A DNA stretch of 62,842 nucleotides, counting the filler, from Theionarchaea archaeon (GTDB taxonomy: Archaea > Methanobacteriota_B > Thermococci > Methanofastidiosales > SZ-28-30), in assembly GCA_018992565.1 (NCBI GenBank). It is 5 parts of 5 records of this genome, joined end to end, with 100 filler letters (N's around TTAATTAATTAA, not from the genome) between each part and the next. Parts side by side here need not be neighbours in the genome. Positions count along the whole stretch, not along the records: positions 29,930 to 44,588 come from JACVGW010000069.1; 4 more parts are not named here. One strand, written 5' to 3'. Below the pieces are notes generated by a model that had not been told where the DNA came from, did no database searches, and saw only the letters and a list, made by a program, of their open reading frames with translations. Of this stretch, positions 32,798-42,108 are shown piece by piece (within the stretch, counting starts at the first letter, position 1; each line of letters begins with the position of its first letter). A program made the position numbers and the translations under genes.

Positions 32798-33214
32798 CTA
32801 TTCTGGGCAGCATTCTCCTTTGGGGATATCGTTCCCATGAGGACATACCCGGGGATGATTCAGAAATGTACACAGTTTTGCAGCCACTTCTTTGGAGATT
32901 GAGTGTTCACAAGAACAGGCAATTTCCTCAATGTCCCTCCTGTCAATGTGGATCACGTTATTGAGAAGTACCTCCATGAGCCTGTGAGCTCTTACCAGAT
33001 GCTTTGCTTTAGTCTCCCCCTTTTCAGTCAGAATGATCCCTTTTTGTCTCCTGTATGTGACAAATCCACTCTTCTCCAGTTTCCTCAACATCTCTACAGC
33101 GCTGGGGGGCTGCACATCCAGCAACTGGGCAATGTCCTTGATCCGGCAAATAGTGTCCCCATTTTCCCTGAGGCACCAGAGGGCTTCCAGATACTCTTCT
33201 CCACTTTCACTCAT
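32798..33214 (-). CDS. DtxR/MntR family metal-dependent repressor
   Basis: EEYLEAL, PPSAVEML, HRLME, CEH, CPHGNDIP. Confidence 0.92.
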   Translation of the reverse strand: MSESGEEYLEALWCLRENGDTICRIKDIAQLLDVQPPSAVEMLRKLEKSGFVTYRRQKGIILTEKGETKAKHLVRAHRLMEVLLNNVIHIDRRDIEEIACSCEHSISKEVAAKLCTFLNHPRVCPHGNDIPKGECCPE

Positions 33215-35112
33215 ACCAATACACCTCCTGCTCTCACCAGCAGGGCCAGAATAAAAGCCAACCCAGTGGTTAGAACGACAATATACGTGGTCTTCCGAGT
33301 TCCGAATTCCTTCAGGAGAACACCAATGGCGGCTACACAGGGAACATAGAACATGACAAATACCGTAAACGTCAGAATCTGGACTCTGGTCAGAACATTG
33401 AGCACCTGAGATGTACCTAGCGCCTGGATCAACATAACCAGGGAGAGTTCCTTTTTCAGGACACCAAATATGAGGGTCACTCCCACCGCAGCAGGAAGCC
33501 CCAGCACTAGTGTTACAGGTCTGAGAGTCTGGTTAATGGTGAGATCAACTCCAAAATAGTTCAAGAGACTGAGCACAGCACTTCCTCCAATGAGAAGAGG
33601 CCATGCAATGTATATAAACTCTCTCACTCGAAGCCAGGTTTTCAGCAGCACACTCTTTGCGGAAGGAATATGGTACGTCGGGATCTCCAGTATGAGTCCT
33701 GGTGTAATTTCAGGCATCAATCGTGATAGGATGAGACCCAGTGCCACTATTACGACTATGTTAAAGACATAAAGACCCAGAGCAGCATTGGAAGATATGA
33801 AAAAGGCCACCAACCCCAAGATTACGGTGGTCCGAGCAGCACAGGGTATGAGAGTGGAAATAGTGGCTGTAATGAATCGATCCCGTTCAGATTCCAGGAT
33901 TCGAGTGGCCATTATTGCAGGAACAGTACATCCAAATCCCAGAATAAGAGGTATTATAGCCTTCCCATGGAGCCCAATTCTATGCAGGAAGGTATCCATG
34001 AGAAAAGCTATCCGGGGTAAATATCCAACATCTTCCAGGATGGCAAGTCCAATCAAGAAAGGGACTAGATAAGGCAGGACAATGCCTACGCCTCCAGAAA
34101 ACCCTTCCAATATGCCTTCAGCCATTTTCAGTGATAGCCCACTCAGATAGACCGATAGCAGAGGTACAATTTGTTCAAATGCATCCAAAACGTAAGATTC
34201 CAGCACGCGGCCGATCCCAAAGACAACGTTGAAGAAGATGTAGAGAATAGCACCAAGAGCAACATATCCCGCGTACTTGTGCATCAGCACATCATCCAGC
34301 CGGTCTCTCAGAGAAATCTCAGGTTCTGTGACTTCTCCTACTCTTTCAAAGATGTTCATGGCCTGGGCATGCCTTTCTGAGGAAATTACTACATCTGCGG
34401 GTCTCCCGTGGGACTTCTCAAGTTCTTCCTGAAATTTTCGTACCTTTTTCAGGACTTCAGGATCCTCAATAGACTCTATGAAATATTGGTCATTTTCAAG
34501 GAGTTTTAATGTCAGGAGCCTGCAGGGCACTTTCAAGATTTCACATTCTTTTTCTAGCTCTTTTTCCAGGTTCGTTACAATTTGCTCGATATCCTTGCTG
34601 AATTCGATTTTTCGAGATGTTTTTCCTGCTTTTGCAGTAGCCACGGCGGCCTGGAATACTTCTCTGATTCCCTTTCCTTTAACTGCAACAGCAGTCACTA
34701 CGGGCATTCCCAAAATCCTTTCCAGGTGCTCTGTATCAATATGTATTCCCTTTCGTTCAGCTTCATCCATCATATTCAAAACGAGCACCAGAGGGACATC
34801 TAGCTCAGCGATCTGAATGGTCAATTCCAGACTTCGGGATAGCCGGGAGGCATCCACCACGTTCACCACTACATCTGCCTCATTCCGTAGCAGGTATTTA
34901 CGAGCTTCAAGTTCTGCCAGATCAAAAGAGGTCAGAGAGTAGGTACCAGGAAGGTCTACCACATCCAGTATCTCACCTGAAAACTGGACACGGGATTCAT
35001 TATACTTCACCGTTTTTCCAGGAAAGTTTGAGGTTACTGTCTTGTATCCGGCAATCTGGTTGAACAGCGTGCTCTTCCCGGAATTGGGCTGTCCTGCCAT
35101 GGCCACGATCAT
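33211..35112 (-). CDS. feoB: Ferrous iron transporter B
   Basis: GQPNSGKST, NFPGKTV, DLPGTYSL, NMMD, GFGCTVPA, PCAAR, YVPCVA. Confidence 0.96.
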   Translation of the reverse strand: MIVAMAGQPNSGKSTLFNQIAGYKTVTSNFPGKTVKYNESRVQFSGEILDVVDLPGTYSLTSFDLAELEARKYLLRNEADVVVNVVDASRLSRSLELTIQIAELDVPLVLVLNMMDEAERKGIHIDTEHLERILGMPVVTAVAVKGKGIREVFQAAVATAKAGKTSRKIEFSKDIEQIVTNLEKELEKECEILKVPCRLLTLKLLENDQYFIESIEDPEVLKKVRKFQEELEKSHGRPADVVISSERHAQAMNIFERVGEVTEPEISLRDRLDDVLMHKYAGYVALGAILYIFFNVVFGIGRVLESYVLDAFEQIVPLLSVYLSGLSLKMAEGILEGFSGGVGIVLPYLVPFLIGLAILEDVGYLPRIAFLMDTFLHRIGLHGKAIIPLILGFGCTVPAIMATRILESERDRFITATISTLIPCAARTTVILGLVAFFISSNAALGLYVFNIVVIVALGLILSRLMPEITPGLILEIPTYHIPSAKSVLLKTWLRVREFIYIAWPLLIGGSAVLSLLNYFGVDLTINQTLRPVTLVLGLPAAVGVTLIFGVLKKELSLVMLIQALGTSQVLNVLTRVQILTFTVFVMFYVPCVAAIGVLLKEFGTRKTTYIVVLTTGLAFILALLVRAGGVLV

Positions 35113-35348
35113 GAGATAACCTCAACCATCACCTTCATGGCTACCCCTCTCCCCAGAGCAACTTCATTGGAGTTGACCTGCACTCTGACAGGACCTCTCC
35201 ACAGACTGGAGCTTGCCATGGTCACAACTTGTCCCGGGAGTATGCCCAGCTCACACAATTTCTGTCTGAGACCCCAGCCTCCATGCACTTCAACTACCTT
35301 TGCCTTCTGGCCGGGTTTCAAATTGTCCAATGTCTGAATTAGGCTCAC
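35109..35348 (-). CDS. feoA: Ferrous iron transport protein A
   Basis: LCELGILPG..GPV..VALGRGVA; overlaps feoB start. Confidence 0.92.
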   Translation of the reverse strand: MSLIQTLDNLKPGQKAKVVEVHGGWGLRQKLCELGILPGQVVTMASSSLWRGPVRVQVNSNEVALGRGVAMKVMVEVIS

Positions 35349-35354
35349 CTAATT
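35337..35354. promoter_or_regulatory. Palindromic DtxR/SirR-type operator AATTAGG-CTCA-CCTAATT
   Basis: Perfect 7-bp inverted repeat over the feoA start, just downstream of TATA (TTTATAA, 35372-35378, minus); TTAGG-N4-CCTAA resembles DtxR-family boxes. Confidence 0.75.
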
Positions 35355-35601
35355 TCTTGATGATGATGAGCTTATAAACCTTTGGGTTGTACCAATGATT
35401 TTGCGAGGGATTTGTGCATGTATCATCTCCTGAGAGTACACGGGTCAGTGTTCCATTGATAGGATGAATTTCATTCGCTCGCTCAGATTGCTACAGGGTT
35501 AAATTCCGGAAGAATGTGTGATAATTCTCTGCATATCAACATTGACAATTCAAAACCTATTTATTGGGATAATGCTACTATGTGAAAGAAATGCATAAGG
35601 A

Positions 35602-36717
35602 ATGACATATGAGGAACAATTCGGAGAACACACTATGGATTTAACAGAATCAGAAAAGAGACTCCTCACGCTCATTGGGGAGAATCCCTCACATACCAGA
35701 TGGGAATTGCTGCAAGAGCTCAATTACAAGCGGCCCACTACGCTGAGCAGCAAAATGAGCGAACTGAAAAAAGCAGGATACATCAGGGGGCCATACTATC
35801 ACATCAATCTGAATGCTGTATGTGAGACTCCAGTATACAGTATACTGGCTGAAATTCGATTCAGCCCCAGCCACTACGATGTGGTTTTCAAGAGCATTCT
35901 CTGTATTGACTGTTGGGAGTGGATTTTCCCCACGATACAGGGAGAAACACTCTTTGCATTTTTCAGGTCCTGCGACTGCTCCCATCTCCACCGGTTGTTG
36001 AATGTGTTGAGAAATGAGGGGGTTATTGAGTACCGCTCATATACCTCGCAGAACAGGTGGTTCGTACAGAACCCAGACTTCTCAGGGAGTGTTTTTCCGC
36101 AGACGTCTGATCTCTTTCGTTCCGTTGATATTGAGCTTTGCTACCCTGACAAAACCCATAATACTGCCTGGCAGTTTATTGACCTGAAGGTGATGCAGTA
36201 TCTCCAGGTAAGGACCACCAGTATTGCAGAAATACAAAAACTGGAAAAAAGTCTGCATGGAAGGTTCTGGAGGCGCCATCAGATCAAGCACAGCATTAAG
36301 AAGATTACTGAAGCAGGAATTGCTGAAAGAAAACATTATAATATTTCTCCCTTTCCTCGAGGCGAAGACTATGCGTTTCTGTTGCTCATTGAAGGTGACA
36401 GCCTGGACGTTCTGCAGTTCATTTCAAGTTTTGGCAGAGGCTGCAGGCTGTACAAGGCCTTCACAATGAGCGGTGGGACAGGGTTCTTGTGGTGCTGGTG
36501 CAGTCCACAGGTAGGTCCCACCCTGATGAAGAGGCTTGATAATCTCCGTCCACGAATTGAAGCCCGCTGCCTTCCACTAAAATCGAGAGGACACGGTGAC
36601 ACACTCAAGAAGTCATTCAACGAAGAATATTTCGACCTTGAAAAGCAGAAGTGGACTTTTCACTTCAAGAAATGCAAAGAAGAAATAGAAAAGGTAATGG
36701 AGAGAAAGAACGAATAG
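35602..36717 (+). CDS. Tandem Lrp/AsnC-like winged-helix regulator
   Basis: N-terminal HTH 'LTESEKRLL..TTLSSKMSELKKAGYI' and a second HTH-like unit 'IDLKVMQYL..IKKITEAGIA'; start may be ATG 35635. Confidence 0.6.
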   Translation: MTYEEQFGEHTMDLTESEKRLLTLIGENPSHTRWELLQELNYKRPTTLSSKMSELKKAGYIRGPYYHINLNAVCETPVYSILAEIRFSPSHYDVVFKSILCIDCWEWIFPTIQGETLFAFFRSCDCSHLHRLLNVLRNEGVIEYRSYTSQNRWFVQNPDFSGSVFPQTSDLFRSVDIELCYPDKTHNTAWQFIDLKVMQYLQVRTTSIAEIQKLEKSLHGRFWRRHQIKHSIKKITEAGIAERKHYNISPFPRGEDYAFLLLIEGDSLDVLQFISSFGRGCRLYKAFTMSGGTGFLWCWCSPQVGPTLMKRLDNLRPRIEARCLPLKSRGHGDTLKKSFNEEYFDLEKQKWTFHFKKCKEEIEKVMERKNE

Positions 36718-36724
36718 GTGCTTT

Positions 36725-36823
36725 TCAGCAGGGAGTATCTTTATCATCACCTTCAACTCCCCCACAGGGAGTTATTCTCCAGATGATATCTGGAAGATTC
36801 AGTTTCTGCATTGTATTGTACAT
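36725..36823 (-). CDS. Small peptide, 32 aa: MYNTMQKLNLPDIIWRITPCGGVEGDDKDTPC
   Basis: RBS AGGTGA 6 nt before ATG, TTAAGTA/TATA-like boxes upstream, wholly intergenic; below ORF-track cutoff. Confidence 0.65.
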   Translation of the reverse strand: MYNTMQKLNLPDIIWRITPCGGVEGDDKDTPC

Positions 36824-37019
36824 ATTACATCACCTGGTGAGTGGATTGAGAAATTACTTAAGAATCATCCCGCTTTTATTATATATCCTAAGGATTCTCA
36901 AAATTTAAGATTGCCATACCTCAGGAATGAGGCCTTCTCAGTTCTCAAGCTTTCTTGGATGCAGAGCGGACGAGCTCAAGATCACTCGTGCTGTACAGTG
37001 GAAGAGACCTCCCTCACGG

Positions 37020-38381
37020 TCATTCCTCTGGAGGGGTGATGAGATCCATTTCAAATCTGACAAGGGCATTGTACGCCCCTTTTATGTCGTCTGAGGTCCC
37101 TGTCTGCAAGGCTTCTCTATATTTTTCCTCCAGGAATTCCCTCTTCTGTTTTATGTCAATTTCCCTGAGATTTCGCTTCACTTTCCTGATTTCCGCAAGC
37201 TCATCAAGTTGCTCGTAAAGACTGAGGCTTTTCTCCCAGAGTCCCCTGGCTCTCGTCAGCTCTTCCTTTCGAGCATGACACAGTCCTTTGTTATAAAGTG
37301 AACCCGCAATCCTGAATGTGTTCTTTCCTGCCAATGTCAGTGCTCTCTCGAATAATGCCAGAGCATCATCAATGTCATCATTCATGTAAGAACAGGAACC
37401 CAGATTATTCAGGACGTCAGACAACAGGGGAGTGTCCTGTATGTCTTCAGCAGTTCTTTCACATCTCGTGTAGTACTGCTCTGCAACCATGAAGCTGGAT
37501 CTCTTGTATGAGACGTTTCCCAATTCCTTCAAGGCGTATGCCTTTCCTCTGCTGTCTCCAGTTTCTCCACAGATTCCTTCCATGCGGAGGAATGCAGCTT
37601 CCGCCCTGGCCAGGTCACCCTTCAATTCGTAGACACACCCCAACGTATAGAGTGCCCAGGTAATCTGGGAATTATCCAACCCATCAGGCAGGACAGCATC
37701 CAAGGCATGAAACAGCGCTGTATTATCCTCCTCTCGTTCCCGAGTTACCTTCTCCAATACTCTCTTGAGAGCAGTATCCCATTCTTCAGAAGTGCGCAGC
37801 TTTGAAGCGGCATCCGCTCTTGTCATGTAAAAGATTTCTTCTCCCTTTTTGGAGAGTCTGTATTGACTCTGATCCACATGGCTCTTTTTCTCATATTCTA
37901 TGTACCCTTTCATTCTCAGGTGCTTGAGGTTCCGGTAAATGCTTGCCCTGGATACACCTTTTATACTACCAAGATAGGTGTTGAAATGCTCTTCGACGTC
38001 TCCCGTTGTGACAGACTGCCTTTTCCCCACCACATGAATAATGTGGACCATGATCTCCCAGGGTTTTACGTCTAATTCTTCCATTGCCTTGACAATCCTC
38101 TTTCCGATGTCTTTCTTGAGGGGTTCTGAGGCTTGCTGGGATCTCCTCACATCTCCAAAAAGATTCAGCCCTCGAGAGGTGATAGTGTAGAAGGGAAGAA
38201 TGTCCTTCCTTTCAACTTTCAGGAGATATTCCTGTGCAAGAAGCTTGAGCATGATAGACTGCGTATTACTGCCTCCGATTCTCTTGGCCTGTTCTTCCGT
38301 GATTTTTCTCCCGTGACAACGGGCGAAGTCTAGGATCTCGACTGTGAGTTCCACCTCCTTTGTGCCATTGAGCAAAACCAT
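37020..38381 (-). CDS. Tandem winged-HTH plus TPR regulator
   Basis: wHTH 'VSRASIYRNLKHLRMKGYI..YRLSKKG'; TPRs 'ALYTLGCVYELKGDLARAE', 'VLNNLGSCSY', 'SLYNKGLCHA'. Confidence 0.8.
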   Translation of the reverse strand: MVLLNGTKEVELTVEILDFARCHGRKITEEQAKRIGGSNTQSIMLKLLAQEYLLKVERKDILPFYTITSRGLNLFGDVRRSQQASEPLKKDIGKRIVKAMEELDVKPWEIMVHIIHVVGKRQSVTTGDVEEHFNTYLGSIKGVSRASIYRNLKHLRMKGYIEYEKKSHVDQSQYRLSKKGEEIFYMTRADAASKLRTSEEWDTALKRVLEKVTREREEDNTALFHALDAVLPDGLDNSQITWALYTLGCVYELKGDLARAEAAFLRMEGICGETGDSRGKAYALKELGNVSYKRSSFMVAEQYYTRCERTAEDIQDTPLLSDVLNNLGSCSYMNDDIDDALALFERALTLAGKNTFRIAGSLYNKGLCHARKEELTRARGLWEKSLSLYEQLDELAEIRKVKRNLREIDIKQKREFLEEKYREALQTGTSDDIKGAYNALVRFEMDLITPPEE

Positions 38382-38595
38382 GTCATCTTTAGGGAATTCT
38401 CGTTAATATGCATTTTGGAGAGCTGCACCCTATATACAGAAGCCTTTCCTTCCCTGTTGCTGGGGTGTTTCTTCCAATGAGTCACCCTGCTGTGAAAAGC
38501 GGTGTCTCATGGAAGAGTTCAAGAATCTACCTCATAGCCATATTATCTTCTTCCATCATTTCAGGCAGATTCTCGTAGGTGGATTATACTTACTC

Positions 38596-39012
38596 TTACT
38601 CGAAATCTCTTTTATCCATGAAGAAGTCAACAATATCCATAGAGAAATCCAGCGGAAATTCATTCTGTGACAAGAGCTTCAACATGCCTTCTTGGAGATT
38701 CTCAGTGCTTTCCGAATTCACTGTGTGGGCTATTCCTGTTAGGAGGATGTAAAAAGCTCGAACCACCTTGGGTGCCATAACACTCCTGGGTCCTGACCGT
38801 GGTGAAGACCCTCCTGCATCTCTAACTGAGGGTCCTTCCAGGTCCCACCACACATTCTTAGGTTCAAGGTTGCCATTTTTCCGTTCCTTGAGAACCTCTG
38901 CAAAGGTTTCCCATATCAAATGGAGATATGGGACTTCTTCCGGGTATTCTCTTTCTATGAATTCCTCTGCATACTGCCTCACTTTGTCCACAATCTCCTC
39001 TTCTATGTTCAT
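38596..39012 (-). CDS. Hypothetical helical protein, 138 aa
   Basis: Clean ORF with GAGGA RBS; divergent from the CHAT gene. Confidence 0.65.
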   Translation of the reverse strand: MNIEEEIVDKVRQYAEEFIEREYPEEVPYLHLIWETFAEVLKERKNGNLEPKNVWWDLEGPSVRDAGGSSPRSGPRSVMAPKVVRAFYILLTGIAHTVNSESTENLQEGMLKLLSQNEFPLDFSMDIVDFFMDKRDFE

Positions 39013-39213
39013 GAAGATTCCTCATTCCTCTATTTTTGAGTCTATCAATTCTTTATAAGCCTTGGTGATACGGTTCTCAGGGTTCGTGAGGGTTACTCAA
39101 AATCCTTTCTATCTCACATTTTGTGGAACATTGCTCCAGAGTCCATGCCAAACCTATAAGAATGTGAACCTGCAAGGCAATGTGAGACGCTAGCGATTGC
39201 ATAGGAGGTTACC

Positions 39214-42078
39214 ATGATTACCCATCCGAAAATTCTCTATTTGTTCTCTGGACCTCTGGTGACCTTGGATGGCATCCCTCTTGACGTTCTAGACTTGAAG
39301 ACAGAGCGCGATGTCATTGTGAGGGAGATTTCTGCCTGCCAGAGAACATGCTCACTTCGTATTGGATATGCAACTATAGAGGAACTTGCCAGAGGCATTG
39401 AGGATGGATTCAATATTCTGCATATCAGTACTCATGGCAAGGAGGAATTTCTCTTGTTTGAGGATGGGAAAGGTGGAAGTCAGCCCGTGACAGGCGAATA
39501 CCTCAGGAGAATGATAGGCACGGGAGGTGCGGTTGAATTGGCTGTTATCAGCGCCTGCCATAGTGAAAAAGTTGGCTCACTGCTGGCTGATGCAGGTGTT
39601 CCACATGTTGTGGCAGTCAAGCGTGATTTTCCAGTAGTAGATCATGCAGCTATCGTCTTTACAGCCCATTTCCTCCGCAATCTTTTCCGCGGAAATACCG
39701 TAAAAATTGCCTTTGAGATGGCTTCTTTACTAGTAGAAGGGAACCCGGATCTGGTGAAGATGAGGCACTATCTCAAGGTTGCAGCCTATAGAAAGAGAGA
39801 GAAATTCATACCCGAAGAAGAGAAGTTTGTTCTCCTCCCTCGAGATGGTTCACATGAGAGTCCCCTCCTCTCTCAAGATGTGGCGCGCGGTACTGTGACA
39901 ATTGAAGAGCCGCTGCCGTCACCCTCGAATCTCCCCACGAAACCACAATTCTTTACAGGTCGATCAGGAGAGATGCATGCTGTTATCAGTGAGCTCTTGC
40001 AGAGCAGGCTGATCACCTTGACAGGAGTGGGCGGCATCGGAAAAACAACACTGGCCATCGAGGTAGCACGATGGACCTGTTGGCGGAATATCTTTCCCCA
40101 GGGAGTATATTACGTGGACCTCAGACAGACTGACACTGCAGATGGGGTTCTTGATCTACTCTGTGCAGCTCTTGAGGTGAGAGTGTCTCGGCTTCAGAAT
40201 GTCATTACACACCTTGAAAACCGTCGCTGCTTGCTGGTCCTGGATAATGCAGAGGATATCCTCTGGTACGATGAAGACGGGATGCAATATATTGCTAGCA
40301 CCATTTTGAGGACCACTTCCCATACGAAGTTGTTGATAACAAGCCAGAGGCCAGTGGGAGGAAATCTGTACGAGCCTGAACGTGTGTGCAGAATTGGTCC
40401 ACTGGAACGCAGGTATGCTACGCAGCTCTTTTGTGCCACAACGAAGAGGAGAGTATTACAGAATGAATATGGATCACCTCTCTTCGATGACCTCGTTGAC
40501 CAGTTAGGAGGACACCCCTTATCACTTGTACTAACAGCTCGTCAGCTTGCCCCCGGGGTGACTCTTGAAGATATACATGAGAGAATTGAGGTACACAAAG
40601 CCAAAGCAATCAAGACAAAGCATATCACGGGGAGGACTCTGGATCATGGGGAAAGCCTGGTAACAGCCCTGGCCTCAACATATCATGTCCTGTCAGATAG
40701 AGCACAGATACTTTTTCAGGTACTCTCCCTCCTTCCAGCAGGGGTCAAGAAGGATGTATTTGAAGACATCTGGGGCAGTCCAGTCTGGGAATATGTGCAA
40801 GAATTAAATGATGCCTCTCTGGTAGAGGTGAGAACCGGGAGAGTGACACTGTTGCCACCGGTGAGGTTGTTCGCATTGACTGTTCTCACTGATGAGGTCA
40901 GGAGTTGTTATCGTCCCAGAATTGTGAAAGTCATGGGGACATTCACCAGAATACTGTACAAGGGTCACACTACGGGGAGCTCGGGAGACTATCGGGCTCT
41001 TTTTACTGTAGAAGAGCCAAACCTTCGAGCTGTCGTTGACTTCCTCAGTGAATCATCTCAAAGAAGAGAGAACACGTCATCTCCTGGGCTCTTTGGGGCT
41101 GAACTCATTTACCTGTACATTTTCCACAATCGATGGAAAGAAGCACAGACTGTTGGTTCCAGGATTCTATCCCATCTAAAAAGATGTGAGGATCCAGAGG
41201 GTGAGGCGCATGTGCTCATAGCACTGGGTGTCCTTGCTTTTCGAACAGGGAATTTAGAAGAAGCCAAGACGCAGTATGAAAAAGCTCTCCAAAACTATCA
41301 GGATACCCATGCACGAATGGGTGTGGCAAATGCCTTCTGGACCTTGGGTGATCTTCTTTTTAGAACAGGAGATTTCCAGGGAGCTCAAGAGAGATTTGAA
41401 AAAGCCTTATGTATCTACCGTGAGATTGAAGTGGACCTCGGCGAAGCAAATGCCCTTCTGCGCCTTGGACTCCTTGCTTTTCTCACAGGACATCCTGGAG
41501 AAGCTCAGGGACAGGTTGGAAAAGCTCTGGAGATCTATCAAGGTATTCACGTGGAGATTGGTGAAGCAAATGCTCTCCGGATACTGGGAGATTTTGCCAT
41601 GTGGACAGGTGATAGTGTTACAGCTCATACCCAGTATCGGAAAGCTCTGAAAATCTACACACGTAACAGCGTGAAAGATGGTGAAGCGCGCACCCTCGTC
41701 CATCTGGCCCGATGGGCTGCTCTGGCAGGCGAGAGGGAGGGTGTAGAGAGATATCTCGATGATGCGTTCGCAATATATGAGGAAAGAGAAGATCTTGACG
41801 GCCAGGCTCATGCACACATGGTGAAAGCGTTGCTCTTTCTTGCTGTCCACAACTTGACCCGAGCAAGGCGTCAGCTTGAATATTGTTCATCTATCCAGGA
41901 AAAAACGTGCCAGCATTCTGAAGCAGCACAGTGGCTCATTACATACGCAGGGTATTTTATGCCACACAGCTGCAAAGAAGAAGCATCACTTTGTCTGGAA
42001 TATGCAGCGAGATTTGCATCAACAGCACGGAATTTCCATCTGCTCGACAGAACTATGGAACTGCAAGTAGTACTATGA
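39214..42078 (+). CDS. CHAT (caspase-like) protease - STAND/NB-ARC NTPase - TPR protein
   Basis: CHAT dyad LHISTHG and ISACHS; FTGR; Walker A GVGGIGKT; Walker B LLVLDNAE; GHPLSL; several TPRs; RBS GGAGG. Confidence 0.88.
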   Translation: MITHPKILYLFSGPLVTLDGIPLDVLDLKTERDVIVREISACQRTCSLRIGYATIEELARGIEDGFNILHISTHGKEEFLLFEDGKGGSQPVTGEYLRRMIGTGGAVELAVISACHSEKVGSLLADAGVPHVVAVKRDFPVVDHAAIVFTAHFLRNLFRGNTVKIAFEMASLLVEGNPDLVKMRHYLKVAAYRKREKFIPEEEKFVLLPRDGSHESPLLSQDVARGTVTIEEPLPSPSNLPTKPQFFTGRSGEMHAVISELLQSRLITLTGVGGIGKTTLAIEVARWTCWRNIFPQGVYYVDLRQTDTADGVLDLLCAALEVRVSRLQNVITHLENRRCLLVLDNAEDILWYDEDGMQYIASTILRTTSHTKLLITSQRPVGGNLYEPERVCRIGPLERRYATQLFCATTKRRVLQNEYGSPLFDDLVDQLGGHPLSLVLTARQLAPGVTLEDIHERIEVHKAKAIKTKHITGRTLDHGESLVTALASTYHVLSDRAQILFQVLSLLPAGVKKDVFEDIWGSPVWEYVQELNDASLVEVRTGRVTLLPPVRLFALTVLTDEVRSCYRPRIVKVMGTFTRILYKGHTTGSSGDYRALFTVEEPNLRAVVDFLSESSQRRENTSSPGLFGAELIYLYIFHNRWKEAQTVGSRILSHLKRCEDPEGEAHVLIALGVLAFRTGNLEEAKTQYEKALQNYQDTHARMGVANAFWTLGDLLFRTGDFQGAQERFEKALCIYREIEVDLGEANALLRLGLLAFLTGHPGEAQGQVGKALEIYQGIHVEIGEANALRILGDFAMWTGDSVTAHTQYRKALKIYTRNSVKDGEARTLVHLARWAALAGEREGVERYLDDAFAIYEEREDLDGQAHAHMVKALLFLAVHNLTRARRQLEYCSSIQEKTCQHSEAAQWLITYAGYFMPHSCKEEASLCLEYAARFASTARNFHLLDRTMELQVVL

Positions 42079-42108
42079 TGCTCCCCCAGATTATCCGGTA
42101 TGCAGAAG

